From Tubiluchus corallicola (lineage: Eukaryota > Animalia > Priapulida), in contig JAQGDQ010000257.1 in assembly GCA_030141605.1 (NCBI GenBank), positions 186,001 to 250,000 of the forward strand: a DNA stretch of 64,000 nucleotides, given 5' to 3'. Positions 53,301 to 64,000 of this stretch are shown here, piece by piece (the stretch's first letter is position 1; each line of letters starts with the position of its first letter). The notes under the pieces are model-generated. The model was not told the DNA's origin, made no database searches, and saw nothing but the letters and a program-made list of their open reading frames with translations. The position numbers were made by a program, and so were the translations under genes.

Positions 53301-56300
53301 AGCCAGAAACCGTCTACTGACAAGTTTCCAAGTTTGGAGAAAGGTGGCGCTGTATTTGGAGTAGCAAAGCACCTGCGAGACAACGACTATGAGCTCCATA
53401 CTAATCAAACGGTGGGTGTCATTGCCCGTGTTTGTGTTTGCACTAAAGCCTTAACTAGTTAATGTGTTTTCATACTTTAACAAGACAATTTCACAACGTT
53501 TTTACACTTTTTATACTTTGTAGTCATATGATATGTCACAATATGTAGCAGCAATATGGTTGTTGGCTGAGAAATGATACTTCTTTCTGTAATTTTACGG
53601 ATACTATGTATAAAATTTGTGTAGATAAACTTAAACATTTTATTTTATATGTTTTAGATGTACTCTTGTGGTTCACTGGCTCCTAAAATGAGAGCAGGTG
53701 GTTGTATGGACCACCAGTTTCAACGACCTCCGGAACCTTGGGAAATTGGTGATGGGTAAATATTGCTAAATGACCATGTTTGCTTTGTATGTGTCATTAT
53801 TGTCATTGTCATTGTTCGAATGTGCGCTACGGAAAATTATCCAACCAAATTAAACTTCAGGAGCAGTAGAAGTTGTCCGGAGATGGATAAATTTCACAAT
53901 ATGCATTCAAATGTGGCATAAAGTTTTATAATGTAATTTCGTATATTAAAATATCAAATCTTTTTCCATTAGTTGAAAATAAGTTTCCTACGCATCTTTA
54001 AAACGACTGCATTTCGTTCTATGTAGCAATTGCCGACATGGTTATTAGCCACACGGAAATATAAAACATCTAAAATGTGTTGCATCGGTGACACATATAT
54101 TGTATCACCTCTGAAACACAATGACAAATTTTTATATTTTTTAAGAAATGCCTGCCCACCTTATTTTTGCAGATGTATTTATTTGTTGGCGGAGCTGTCA
54201 AATATACCAGCTTGCACCAAGAAAGTTTATGACACTTTGCCAGTTCTTGCGGATGCCGCCAGGCACCGCCACTATCATCACCATGTTGTGTTCTTAGAAT
54301 CACTGGCAAAACAGGCAAGTACAGATATTATTAGTACTTAATTTTTTGCATCAAAGTTATTATGGAACCAGTCTGTAATTATTCATTTTGACAAAGGCTT
54401 CCTTTTTTAGGACAGTTTCTGTAATTTGCATCCAATTGTTAACAAATGTAATTCTTAGACTTTTGGTAACATGGCTTCTGCATGATAGTCATTTTGTTCT
54501 TCTGCACTTGAGAAATGAGTAAAACTCTGACAGCTTTACTGGATGAATCACAATTATTAGGAGATACCTAGTAATACCAAAAGTATTGATCAGGTTGTAT
54601 ATTTTCAACAGCATTTTTACACACATTTATTGTAATAAATTAAACAGCAAGACTTAAGTAACTGTTCACCACTTTATTTCAATTATTCAGATCCAGAAAA
54701 ATCAGTGCCGTAAATATGCCACCCAAGCACAAAAACTAATTCGCATATAAAATCAAATTTCTAAATTTTCTCAAAAAACAATGGCAAATATTCAGTTATT
54801 ACGAAGTGCATGGACAGAGATGCTAGTTGTACATACTGAGCTTGACAACCTGCGAAACGAATAGTTTTTGCAAAATTACACCGTATTTGATGTCATTCAA
54901 TTGCAACCCACTACTGTAGATGTGCCAAACAGCGGGAAATATAAACAGTCCTTGGCGACTTGTACAACTGACAGTGGACCGGATTTCTGTATATGGAAAA
55001 CATATCTATGGGTTACGCAAGTCTTAGGGAAGGTCCACCGCAGCTACAGACAGTGTTACATTTTTAAAGATTTTCCATCCATTCCAATTCTAATGATAAA
55101 CGCTAGTCCTCATCTCATTTTGTCTCCAGCTATTATTTTTTAATTTGATTGTCATTTCAGCTTCCTGTTATTGCCAAGGCAAACAAGAAGATGTTTAAAG
55201 CGTATCTCGAACTCTTCTTTGATCCAATCTTCTATGCACTGGTAAGAATATTTGTTTCATGTATAACTTTAGTGATGCTGCGATGCATTTCACTAAATAC
55301 ATATAGCATGTAACATGATGTTATATTGCGACTAGAATGGCACTCAGTAGATTTGAGACCTCTATTCATTTACCAAGCTACAGATTTGCTCCTTGGGTTG
55401 AATAATTATCAGTAATAATTGTTCTGACATCATTTCATTAATGACATGCATACTTGTTTTTGCAGTTTTTCTGCAGTGTTCTATTGCGATATTACATAGT
55501 TTAACAATCAGTAATCAACAGTTAACCAATAAGCCTATAGTTAATCAATAAAAACTGATTTTCTTTTGCATTTCCTAACCGATTTTTATAAAAAATTAAA
55601 GCGAAATTCTTTCTTCCTTGTCCAATGCTCCACCCCTTTACCATCTTGTAAAGTTTCATGAAAATCAGTTAAGTATTTTTTGCTTGATCCTGTTAACAAA
55701 CATTCAACAATGGAACCTATCTTCTATGGCAGAAATAAATATCATAAATTTGCATTTCTCGCCAGGCTAAAAGTGTAATGTCTGTTTCCAAATGTCTAGT
55801 TACTAGAAGTGTGCAGCTTTATTTTCTTTTTTCATTTCGATAGTCATGTGACAACGCACTGGCTTCTAGTGCAGCAAGCACCTGTCTAAATGAACTAGGT
55901 AAACTTCTTGGACCAAACATACTCAGAGCCAGAGTGGAGGCTTACGAACCAAAGTAAGTATTTTCAATTTCCTTTTATAATGCACACATAACTGAGATAT
56001 TTATTTTTTAGAATATGTAGATTCATCATTTGTGTGCTTGCATACCAAAACCGTCCATAAGTCAGCATAGTTAAAACTGCGTTACGATGCTTTGAAGTAG
56101 AGTGACCCAAAAATTTGGTCAAAATTGCCAAATTTTCGTATTTTGTTTAAACCAATGCTAAATATATTGGACTTTTATATTCTAGCATCATATTATGAGG
56201 ATAGTGTTCAAAAACACTAAAAATTTAATTTTATAACTCCTTACCCACTTTTCTGTCTAGAAACTAGTACTGCAATTGTAAAAAACTCCTATTTTCAGAC

Positions 56301-57357
56301 TCTAATAGTAGCTCCCAGAAGCAGTCATTGTGCTTTGGGTTTTTTCTGTTGACAAGCCCAAATCTTCATCGGGAGGAGCCATCTACTAGATGTAAACATA
56401 ACTTCAACGAGCTCTTGCAAAGTCCATAGCAACCACACTTTGGTACGGTTGCTAAGTATTTTGTAGAGACGCGACAAAAAACAATGGCTGCTTTAACAAT
56501 GGTTTTCTCAAGATAATGTTTTTCATTGCATAGTATGCGCCTCAGCTTCAAAGTGGTTTATCTGTGCTTAGAAATAACATAGAGCGATGAACTTGGTATC
56601 AAAACAATCCTCGTGAAATGGAGATTCGGAATATGTGAATAACTAGAAAAGCTTAATTGGCGACTTATGGACGATTTTGCTATGCAAGCACACATTTAAC
56701 AGTTCCAACAGAGCTATGTTTATCAAGTGTGCAGTTATCTTTGATTAAATTTCAGCCAACAAGTTTTCTTTGTTTGATAGCTTATATACTCGCTAGATAA
56801 TATTCCAACTGGAAGCATATCGCACATTTGGCTTGAACCATAATTTTATCAAATCAAGCATTATGCTCAACTAACTATTGAAATTTATTGGTGGGGCAGC
56901 CAACATTTAGAGCAATGCATCCTTGTTGTTCATTAATCCTGATCAATAACCTATTTATACTGAAAAGTAAACAATCGACTTATGTGCTATAAAGACATTG
57001 TGTGAGTTACTAGTATATTTGTCGGGGTGGGGGGTGTTGAGGACTAGCAACGAGTAATTATGCCTAAAAACAAAATTTGTCATCATTGTGCAATAGAATC
57101 ATAAAATTTTGATTGTGGCAGTTTAATAACAATGGTTATTCTGCAGGGCATGTATTAAAAAATAATTTTTTGGCAGATAATCACTTAAGCAGATTTTCGA
57201 TTACTACCAAGCATTGATCATACCAAACACAGCTGTTTGTTCAGAGGTACTTAATTCTATCAAATTACTATAAAATATTCTTACAAAAATTAATTTCTGT
57301 TCCCTTTTTAGGTATTTATCTCAACTTGATGCAAATTCGTTTATTGCTTCCTATTGA
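34479..57357 (+). CDS. Uncharacterised HEAT/Armadillo-repeat protein, 16 exons, about 689 aa
   Basis: Exons 34479-34836, 36764-36945, 37534-37604, 38886-39052, 42390-42481, 43214-43323, 47535-47637, 48894-48980, 50805-50895, 52263-52424, 53242-53411, 53658-53755, 54173-54314, 55161-55241, 55844-55953, 57312-57357 join into a 2,070-nt open frame ending in TGA. Repeated HEAT-type L-x-D/H-xxxx-V-R motifs: LTDEEARVR, LRHTNRFVR, LADNWSQVR, ADNHAVR, FNDDSWPVR, LSDSIPSVR. Confidence 0.88.
35812..36408 (-). mobile_element. LINE (L2/Crack/Daphne-type) ORF2 C-terminal remnant, frameshifted
   Basis: Translates as IHEHLDWQTHISYIRLKIAKNIGII...LLILYNSLVLPYLNYCSIIWGPTYPSKLKCLKTLQHKFLRLM ... YNLR, then in a shifted frame PFCRTNIAKHFIIFQGPKVQNEI...TFKKNLK; typical post-RT region. 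Confidence 0.85.
36415..36700 (+). mobile_element. CR1-like LINE extreme 3' fragment
   Basis: YNNLPAMVIAVSSVVEFKSLINNYF resembles the W-N-x-L-P...S...F-K terminal motif of CR1-group ORF2. Confidence 0.45.
39160..39405 (-). mobile_element. tRNA-derived SINE
   Basis: Minus-strand A-box TGGCTGAGTTG (39398-39388) and B-box GGTTCAATACC (39347-39337), 40 nt apart; GC-richer than the intron; no evident cloverleaf. Confidence 0.55.
40067..41958 (+). repeat. Satellite, 61-bp unit, about 31 copies; unit resembles a Pol III (tRNA A-box + 5S A-box) SINE head
   Basis: GGTTAGGAAATAGCCGAGTAGTGGTGGTGTATGCTTGTTGACCGAAATTAAGCAA(G/T/C)GCTGA, near-identical copies with no spacers. Confidence 0.97.
42845..43170. 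mobile_element. Second, inverted copy of the 22305-22620 repeat
   Basis: GATTTCTGTTCCAAAAATAATGATTGGCCGA core and repeated GTCAGGGAAA motifs. Confidence 0.7.
43784..43789 (-). terminator. Polyadenylation signal of the nested ALDH gene
   Basis: AATAAA on the minus strand about 60 nt after the TGA stop. Confidence 0.6.
43851..45314 (-). CDS. ALDH8A1: ALDH8A1-like aldehyde dehydrogenase (2-aminomuconate semialdehyde dehydrogenase family); intronless CDS nested in intron 6 of the HEAT gene
   Basis: 487-aa ORF with SPWNMP, LKPSE, FTGS, LEMGGKNP (catalytic Glu), FANQGQMCLAISR (catalytic Cys), EIFGPV, PFGGVKQSGLGREG; ALDH8/HMSD-type DIPR and NCWLVRDL arginine motifs. Acceptor TTTGTAG| 12 nt upstream of the ATG; AATAAA at 43789-43784. 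Confidence 0.9.
   Translation of the reverse strand: MAPIFGKSKIHIRNFINNEFVDEEDKIEVHEPATGDVWATCPRSSAAAADLAVKAAHQALPAWAATSVEVRSRLMNRIADALEHKLEEFALAESRDTGKPLSMTRVMDIPRAAAMLRFYGSNFMSYMGQSREQPESDVMSFTLIEPVGVSVILSPWNMPLYLLCFQFAPAVAAGCTVVLKPSELTPVTAWMLCDIIQSILPPGVVNVVFGDSAKPGESLVAHPDVRAVSFTGSCANGKKIMAACSATTKKVMLEMGGKNPAIVFEDANFDKAVQECVRSAFANQGQMCLAISRFYVQQPIYEKFVKAFKEAAGKLTIGAPEHAETNLGPLISKGHLNHVRSYVQKAKSENVSVYETNMPELPKENQNGYYISPTIITNVSYDSPSMKHEIFGPVACIVPFETEDEAVRRANDTEYGLMASVWSSSAGRLQRMAKRLDVGTVWCNCWLVRDLTMPFGGVKQSGLGREGYDSYDFFTEKKVVFLKALSD
45510..45740 (+). mobile_element. RTE-clade LINE remnant
   Basis: IFNVQLYNRM...STKIRIRRLRCVGHLMRL matches the RRLRW-x-GH-x-x-R motif of RTE ORF C-termini. Confidence 0.6.
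47307..47420. repeat. Compound microsatellite (TTA)n/(TCATTA)n/(TTG)n
   Basis: Directly visible trinucleotide runs. Confidence 0.9.
49123..49490 (-). mobile_element. RTE-clade LINE 3' remnant with a (GAT)n tail
   Basis: IKWPDRISN...QIRRLKWIGHALRLPQESPLLMAL, followed by a (TGA)n tail at 49123-49150. Confidence 0.72.
49997..50203 (-). mobile_element. Second copy of the LINE-like 3' end at 30280-30489
   Basis: Reverse-complement match to 30280-30489, beginning with (AATGT)3. Confidence 0.65.
51033..51253. repeat. Minisatellite, 37-bp unit, about 6 copies
   Basis: TTAGTARTGAAATCYSAACTTAGCTGAATTACCTCTG; two variant types. Confidence 0.93.
51865..51957. repeat. (CA)n/(TA)n microsatellite
   Basis: Directly visible dinucleotide runs. 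Confidence 0.9.
55331..55740 (+). mobile_element. Degenerate non-autonomous Helentron/HINE-like repeat
   Basis: Starts ACTAGAATGGCACTCAGTAGA, contains AAGTTTCATGAAAATC, ends in an imperfect palindrome ATCTTCTATGGCAGAAAT; the layout is recalled for this repeat class. Confidence 0.4.
56032..56693. mobile_element. Non-autonomous TIR element with 4-bp TSD (Sola-like), copy 2
   Basis: GTGTGCTTGCATACCAAAACCGTCCATAAGTC ... GACTTATGGACGATTTTGCTATGCAAGCACAC; TSD ATTT at 56028-56031 and 56694-56697. Confidence 0.82.
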
Positions 57358-60300
57358 TAATACGGATTAGGCTACGTCGTTATGAAAGCCTACCAAATAC
57401 TCAAATTTGATTCTGCAAAAGAGCGACTGTGACCAACAGATTTGCTGAACTATAACTGCTACAAGTCTGATAACGGTAGTTTTCTCTGTACTTAACAAAC
57501 ATAATTTAAAGTTTGCATAACATAAATCTACTGCAGCATTCTAAAGATGAAAAAAATTACTGCCTGTTAATGTATAAATTGTATCTACAATATAGATATA
57601 TCCGTATTTTTGCCTTGTAAGAGTGGTATATAACATTTTGCTAGGCGATGTACGTAATTTAACAGAAACAAAAGTAACAGAACAGAACAATTTATTTCAT
57701 AGAGTATTTATATTATGCCCTCAATATTTAGCGTGTAATCCTCGCGTGTCTTGCTGAACACGTTTAGCTATCCTGAAAAGCGTGGAGGATAGATAATCCA
57801 AGAACATTGACGGGCCAGATAAAACCTCGAGAGACCCTAAGCATTAAAATGATTAGAGTACCCCATATATGTGTAATTCAGAATGATAACAATACTAAAC
57901 TGTAAAATGATATTTTATCTTTTGAAATGAAAAACTTGCAGTAAGATTTATTCACAATGAATGCTAAGGCATCAGCTATACATTGCATATCGTATGCAAA
58001 ATCATATATGCAATAAATACATCACGTAATGAAATACCTGGTACAAGCTCACATAGTCATCGTCACCACTATGTGATAAAATACAGTCAAAGCAACATTA
58101 TCCTTTTTCAGTATCGCCACATTCTATAAGTATTACCACACTTAAAATATATTATGACACATTATATAATCAATCAGTGTCATCATAGGCTGCTCAGTAG
58201 CCAGAATCTCGATACCCATCCGGGTTGCCATGATATTGTAAACAAACAGAGAAATTTCACACATATTCAGATATTTTTTGCTTTTGGGTGATTATTCGAT
58301 AAAAAAAACTGTATGGGATCCGTCTTTTCCTAAGGCCCTAGGCTCATGCTTATTTCACTAAGGGTTAATTCAGGGCTGAATATTGATCAATATTTAAAAG
58401 ACAATTTTTGAGTCACCTTCAAGAAGTTTTGAAGAATCTTGAACCACACAGTGATCTCTTCAAGTTGTTGCTCCAATTATAGTATGCAGGCTGTCTAAAG
58501 TACGAGTTGCTTCTACACTAAGTACAGAATGATATATTCTCTTTTGTTTCATCAATGCTTTACTTTAATAAACTGTTCTGTACTATTACTCCTTGTTGAG
58601 GAGAGTTACGCAAAAAGTGATCACCACAACTTGAGTGGGATTGTAACTAGCTAACTTTTTGTTGGTACGGGTAAACTTTCTTTATGTTCATTGTAACATT
58701 GTCGTGAAAAGATATTAGTTATGCAGTATCAAGAGTTATTTTTCCTTATTTTAATTTCCATTTTAATGCTATCTGTAAAAACTCTGTAAATGTTTTTTTT
58801 ACGTTTTCTGTTTACAAATTTTTTGTGTGATAAAGCAGATAAAATGTGAATTGAAGTTGTAAATTTACCTCTGTAAAAGAAATGAACTGTCATAATAACA
58901 GTCACTCATGGTAAATATAATTACTTATTTAATGGAAAACAATATGACTTTTTAGAACAAGGCTCAGTTTGACCTACAGCTTAAATATACATTTTATGTC
59001 TATAATTGTATTACTATATCTAAATAGGAGTTTAGAAATGTAACGACCTACAAGCACGGTAGGCTATGATGTTAGAAATGTATATCATTTTCCAGTGTCG
59101 GTAGATATCCTTTATTGTGTCTTGTGCAAGATGCCACTGCTCTGTGACTTACACACACAGCAAAATATAAAACTTGGAAAATGTTATATTCTTGGGCTGA
59201 TACGTCAGTTGCAACTGTCTTGATGCATGATTATGAAATGTAAATATCCTTAACTCTATTAATCCATTGTTAGTGTTTAAGCCAGTGTTTTCAAAGGTTA
59301 TCAGTCAAGTTTAAATATGTGATAAATGTGCATTCTCTTCAGATAAATTGTATCATAATAAATAGCAGGTTATTAATGTTTAATCTTTCAATTTTGCAAT
59401 GGCAATTCCAAGATTTTGCATAAATGGTAACACTACGCAGTGATTTTCCTGACGTTCGAATTCTCGTCAAGATTTTCGTCAAATCTTATAACACTTACTG
59501 TCATTACGACACTATGAAAGTTGTATTATAATGTTCCCGGTGTCCTTTTAACATATTTCCATGTAAATAAACTCTTGTAGTAACTTATAACAAAATTTTC
59601 TATTTGTCTTTTCCTAAATTTTTTGAAGTAAAGTTTAAAGACTGTGCACAACACTTGGCACTTTCTAACTGTTGGTTAATCTCACTGTTTTTTTATCTCT
59701 GTATTTGGCTACCGACATGAATCACTATTCTTTCATGTGAAGCCCCGGCTTGTATTCTGCAATTTACCAAGTTCATTCTAAAAAGACACGTATTCAATGC
59801 TTAAAGAAAGACAGGATGATTTTTCGTAAACTACCCCATTACCCTGCCCCCTACCCCTACCCCTATAAAAAGAACACATTTTAACACAATTAATACTGCA
59901 AAAGCGTTTCTGATAATTAAATAATAGATTAAAAATTTAATTAACAGGGTGCGAGCTCAACCATTGATGACATCACACACTAACGTAATATTCAGCAACA
60001 AAAATATTCCACGGGCATGTTGCACGTGTTTGCAAAAGTGAAAATTGAAGTACAGTGCTACTGTAAGATATTCAGTGTGTTGTACTAAAACTCGGCAAGT
60101 TTTAGATAAAAATTCAAATTTCAAGTTTACCGCCGTGCCCACGCTCGAGCTGTCGAACGTGTGTAGTTTGTCACAAACTAACACATCTGAACTGAGAGGT
60201 ACAGCACCTGTTTTTTGTGCAATGCATTTCCGAAATGCAGGTGCTAGTGTCTGTTTAACTAGCTAATGGCGAAATGCATTTAACAGTGAAGAACTAGTGG

Positions 60301-61383
60301 CACGAACGCGAAAGTGTATTTATGTGGAGATAATTCTTTCACGCAAGTCATTTTTGAAAAAAATAGTATCATTCCTTTCAATATTTTAAAGAGTAGTTTG
60401 TTTTGACCTACAGTTTAAGATTGGGACCAGATTTGCTTTAACAAGCATGTACATACAAAGGTAAAAAATGTTTTTGTTTTTAAGTGTTTTTGTGCACATC
60501 AATAGTTGTAGGCACAATTTAGTGCAGAGTAAATGCAGGGACTTTCACCAGTATTTAACGAGTTCATTATATACTCTGCCATGACTCGTACACATGTGAA
60601 GGTTTTACCTCAGTAAAGTATTAGTTGTGATAAGTGCTGGATTTTATTATATGCAAATTTATGTGCCAATCACGGATTTGACATACACAATCATGATTTT
60701 ATTATAAACATGATCACAACGAAATCTAATGTCAAAACGTAGCTGAGATAGGGTTCATTCCTGTCAGGCAAGATTTGGTACAAAAATACACAATAACGAT
60801 ACAGGAAAGTGTAAAACAGTGCCACGAAAATCGTGATACCAAAATGTGAATGTATTGTTAAGGGATAAATTATGAAATTGTTGAGTCTCGGTAACTTCGT
60901 TGCACACACATATATATATATATATATCAATAAACAGTACATACTACTGATTAGATATAATATAAATATCTTGATTTATTTTGCTTGATTTTAAACATCT
61001 GCATATTTATAATTTACCACTGTAGTTACATGGCCACCTTATCAACAGCAAGACAACGTATTTCTATGAAGACAATATTGCAACTGTAGTAAAAATGATC
61101 GTCATAGTTTTAGCACCGAGAAGCCGATTGCTTTTATACATTTGAGAGTTTACAAAGTTAGAGGGATGAAATTGATTGTTCACACAAGTTTATCGGTGAC
61201 ATTACCTAAATGTGCTAAACCCATAATTAAACTGGCAGCTGCTCCTCGAAGCTGTTTACTCTAATTTCTTTTCTCAAAGAATGACACTATGTACAATCAT
61301 GGGGTCTCTGTAAACACTTTAGTTGATACAAAGTTAAGTACTGCTAAACATGATATGTTGCTGATAATTAATTGAAAATGAAA

Positions 61384-61527
61384 GTAGTAGTAGCAGTGGA
61401 GGTAGTAATTGTAGCAGCAGCAGAAGTAGTAGTAGTAGTAGTAGTAGCAGTAGTAGTAGTGGAGGTAGTAATAGTAGTAGCAACAGCAGCAGCAGCAGTA
61501 GTAGTGGAGGTAGTAATAGTAGCAGCA
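61384..61527. repeat. Compound (GTA/GCA)n microsatellite at the start of the TMEM223 3' UTR
   Basis: Begins a few nt after the TMEM223 stop codon. Confidence 0.9.
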
Positions 61528-61530
61528 CTT

Positions 61531-63558
61531 TTACACTTTTTTCCAGGAACGTTTCATACCGATCGAGTAATCAAACAGTTTCGTATTATAAAATTCCCCT
61601 TTCCTTGCATCTAACAAGTAATAAAATGCTCGGCCTCGTATTTTAAGAGGAAATGATGTTGTTCCGACTTGACGAGACATGTAGGAACTGATATCTGTTA
61701 AAGGCTTAACAAATGGCCGTTTACGACCAAAGACACCATATGTTGTGACGCGTACTGATTTGCCACCTTTCAAAAGATGAAGAGTGTGAACAGATCTTAA
61801 ACTATAGAAGAAGGAACCAAACAGAATCCCATAACCTGAAATAAATATTACAATAGATATTTAGAATATATTTTGTGCCACGTTTCATGATCTACCTCAC
61901 GTGCAAATTTTATAAAAAGTGTTATTTATGCTAACTCGTACTATCACCACTTATTCAAGAGAAACTAAATCCATATATTAAAGCAAATAGCCAAAAGCTT
62001 GCATAAGGAATATCATGTCAAGCAATGCAATTCTCACAAATGAAAAAAATTCCAACTAACGTTGTACAAGTGTTACAATGAAACCACTCAAGTGAATTAA
62101 TCCTGCATCTTTATTCTCCAATTTATTTATCTGTTCTTTAATAAGCATATATATTAGTCTAACAAATACATAGGGTGCATTATCATACGTTTGTATATAT
62201 GAAATTAACTTAAACAGCACCTATTTTGTTTACTTGATTGTAGATCGTGGAACTGGGTTTGTAAATAAATGCCAATAAATGACACTTATTGGCTAAAACA
62301 CAACCTTAAAATACGAATGAAGAAGAAAATAAATTAAGTAAAGTTTCACCAGCCTTCCTGATCAGTCGTAATTCATTTGTTAGCTGAGAAAAACTAATGC
62401 AAGGTTATAGCAGCCCAGAATTAGACAACAAAGCCAATTCAGCTCATTTCTGTTGAAAGAATACTACCCACTGTGACGACTGTTTACCTTTGTTAAGTGT
62501 GCACCTTAGGAGAATGTTTTCTTTCCTTTACTATCATACACCTGCAAACTTTCACACATCAGGCATGTGTCACACACATTTTAGGTCTTTCACACCTACA
62601 CATGCATCAAATTTCAGTTCTCATGCATTTCGCAACTTCACTCGCAAATTTGCAAATTACCTGGCTTCCTTTGCCTAAAGTACCAACAACAACACAATCA
62701 GCAGTATTAGTCTCAATAATAAAGTGGCGTTCGTGAGTCTCAATATGTATGTTACACTAAATTGTATTATAATTATTAAAAATTAAGTATTTTTAGGTGG
62801 TACTGAACCTTTTACATGTGTTCAAATGAACATATTAATATATAAAGAACTGCAAGAACTACAATAACAAAAAGTTACCTTACTTTTGGCCTTAATTTGT
62901 TGATAACTTCATTTTGATACCCAAAAAAGCAAAACTTTCTGGGGTATAATTCGCCCCCCTTGGACACCTGCCAAGTGCAAAGTACCGCGGGCTTTCTACA
63001 TTAACCACTCCTCTTTATGTCAAATGGTGGCAGGTCTGAATAGTTTGTGTGCACAGAAATCTCATATTTAATTGTATTTTAGAAAAACTCACCTAAAACT
63101 CCACAGAATAATGCTATTCCTATTCTATTCACATCCTTTCCAAGGTTTATCGTTTGCCACCATGATAATTTCTCATAGTCTGTGCGCTTGTCATTTCCTG
63201 TGGCCAACTTATCACCAACTTTCACTTTTCTTTGCTCCACTGTCTTTTTTTCTACATCTCGAAGAGTTGAATAAGTAAATGTTGAAAAGTATGACCAAAA
63301 TAAAAACTGAGATATGCCAAACAATGACAACCACCAAAAGAATCGATCATTGTCACATTTAAATAGCAGCACATCTTTGGATACGTTTGTGTCCACTTCA
63401 AATGGCAGAGTGTGCAACTGTGAGTTGCTGCGATGTTTTACATGTTGATGAAATAACTTTGGTCGACCAGCTAATTGCACATTTTTGACACATGATTGAA
63501 GGTTTATAAAGATGTTGTTTTGGTGAAAAGGCCACATCCAGCATCGCAAGAAAGCCAT
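61531..63558 (-). CDS. TMEM223: Transmembrane protein 223 (mitochondrial inner membrane, complex IV biogenesis); 2 exons, about 256 aa
   Basis: Exons 63558-63093 (G|GTGAGT) and 61835-61531 (TTCAG|), 771 nt in frame. KDVLLF...RFF...QFLFW and LRSV...GGKSVRVTT...PLKIRGRAFYYLLD..GEFYNTKLFD match TMEM223 motifs as I recall them; the N-terminus is basic and presequence-like. Confidence 0.88.
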
Positions 63559-64000
63559 TTCATCATGCGATGAAAAAACTTTACACTACACACTTTATTT
63601 GCACCAAAATGGTATAGACAGCTGTATAATGTACAATGTTCTAAAAATAAAAAGTCACGATTTTTTATGAATTAAGAATACAGGGTGCAAATTGAAAAAT
63701 TAATTTCTCCACAATTACATGTAGTTATGTGTACAATCAGTAACTACTGCAGGTCATATCTTGCTTACAAGCTTTGGCTTTAGACGTTTCATAGGCCGTA
63801 TAACTGTGTAGTTTGTTAGATCCATGGCTATATCATATGATTTCTTGAGGTATGACATGTTTGAACTGATTTCAGCTTTAAAAGTCCACTTTAATAAAGA
63901 TTTTTACCACTACCACTTTAATAAAGATCATTACCACTTCGACCATTGCCCTACTTCAGTACTGACCTATACATTAACAATAGCCATAGATAATAAAACG

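Noticed and set aside
58380-59800. Coding-like patches between the HEAT and TMEM223 3' ends
   Set aside because: Short frames interrupted by stops and no consistent splice chain; at most decayed transposase fragments.
61334-61614. Poly-Leu and poly-Val ORFs
   Set aside because: Translations of the (GTA/GCA)n microsatellite next to the TMEM223 stop.

Overview
AT-rich, intron-rich animal genomic DNA, probably from an invertebrate (lophotrochozoan-like repeat content; the taxon is an inference). I reconstructed four protein-coding genes by hand from splice signals and reading-frame phase. (1) MICAL on the minus strand: 23 coding exons from 24830 down to 67, about 2,517 codons in the window, running off the left edge; FAD monooxygenase, CH, LIM, long acidic linker and bMERB domains. 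(2) A 16-exon, about 689-aa uncharacterised HEAT/ARM-repeat gene on the plus strand (34479-57357), head-to-head with MICAL, with one GC-AG intron. (3) An ALDH8A1-like aldehyde dehydrogenase with an intronless CDS, nested antisense in intron 6 of the HEAT gene. (4) A two-exon TMEM223 on the minus strand. Introns and intergenic DNA hold many non-autonomous DNA transposons with readable TIRs and TSDs (hAT, pogo/Tigger, Mutator-like, Sola-like), LINE and SINE remnants, and six homogeneous minisatellites. The most unusual element is a 31 x 61-bp array whose unit looks like a tRNA A-box plus the 5S rRNA A-box; its last copy continues into a correctly spaced, degenerate 5S C-box. No CRISPR array or prokaryotic system is present. 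No database search was run.
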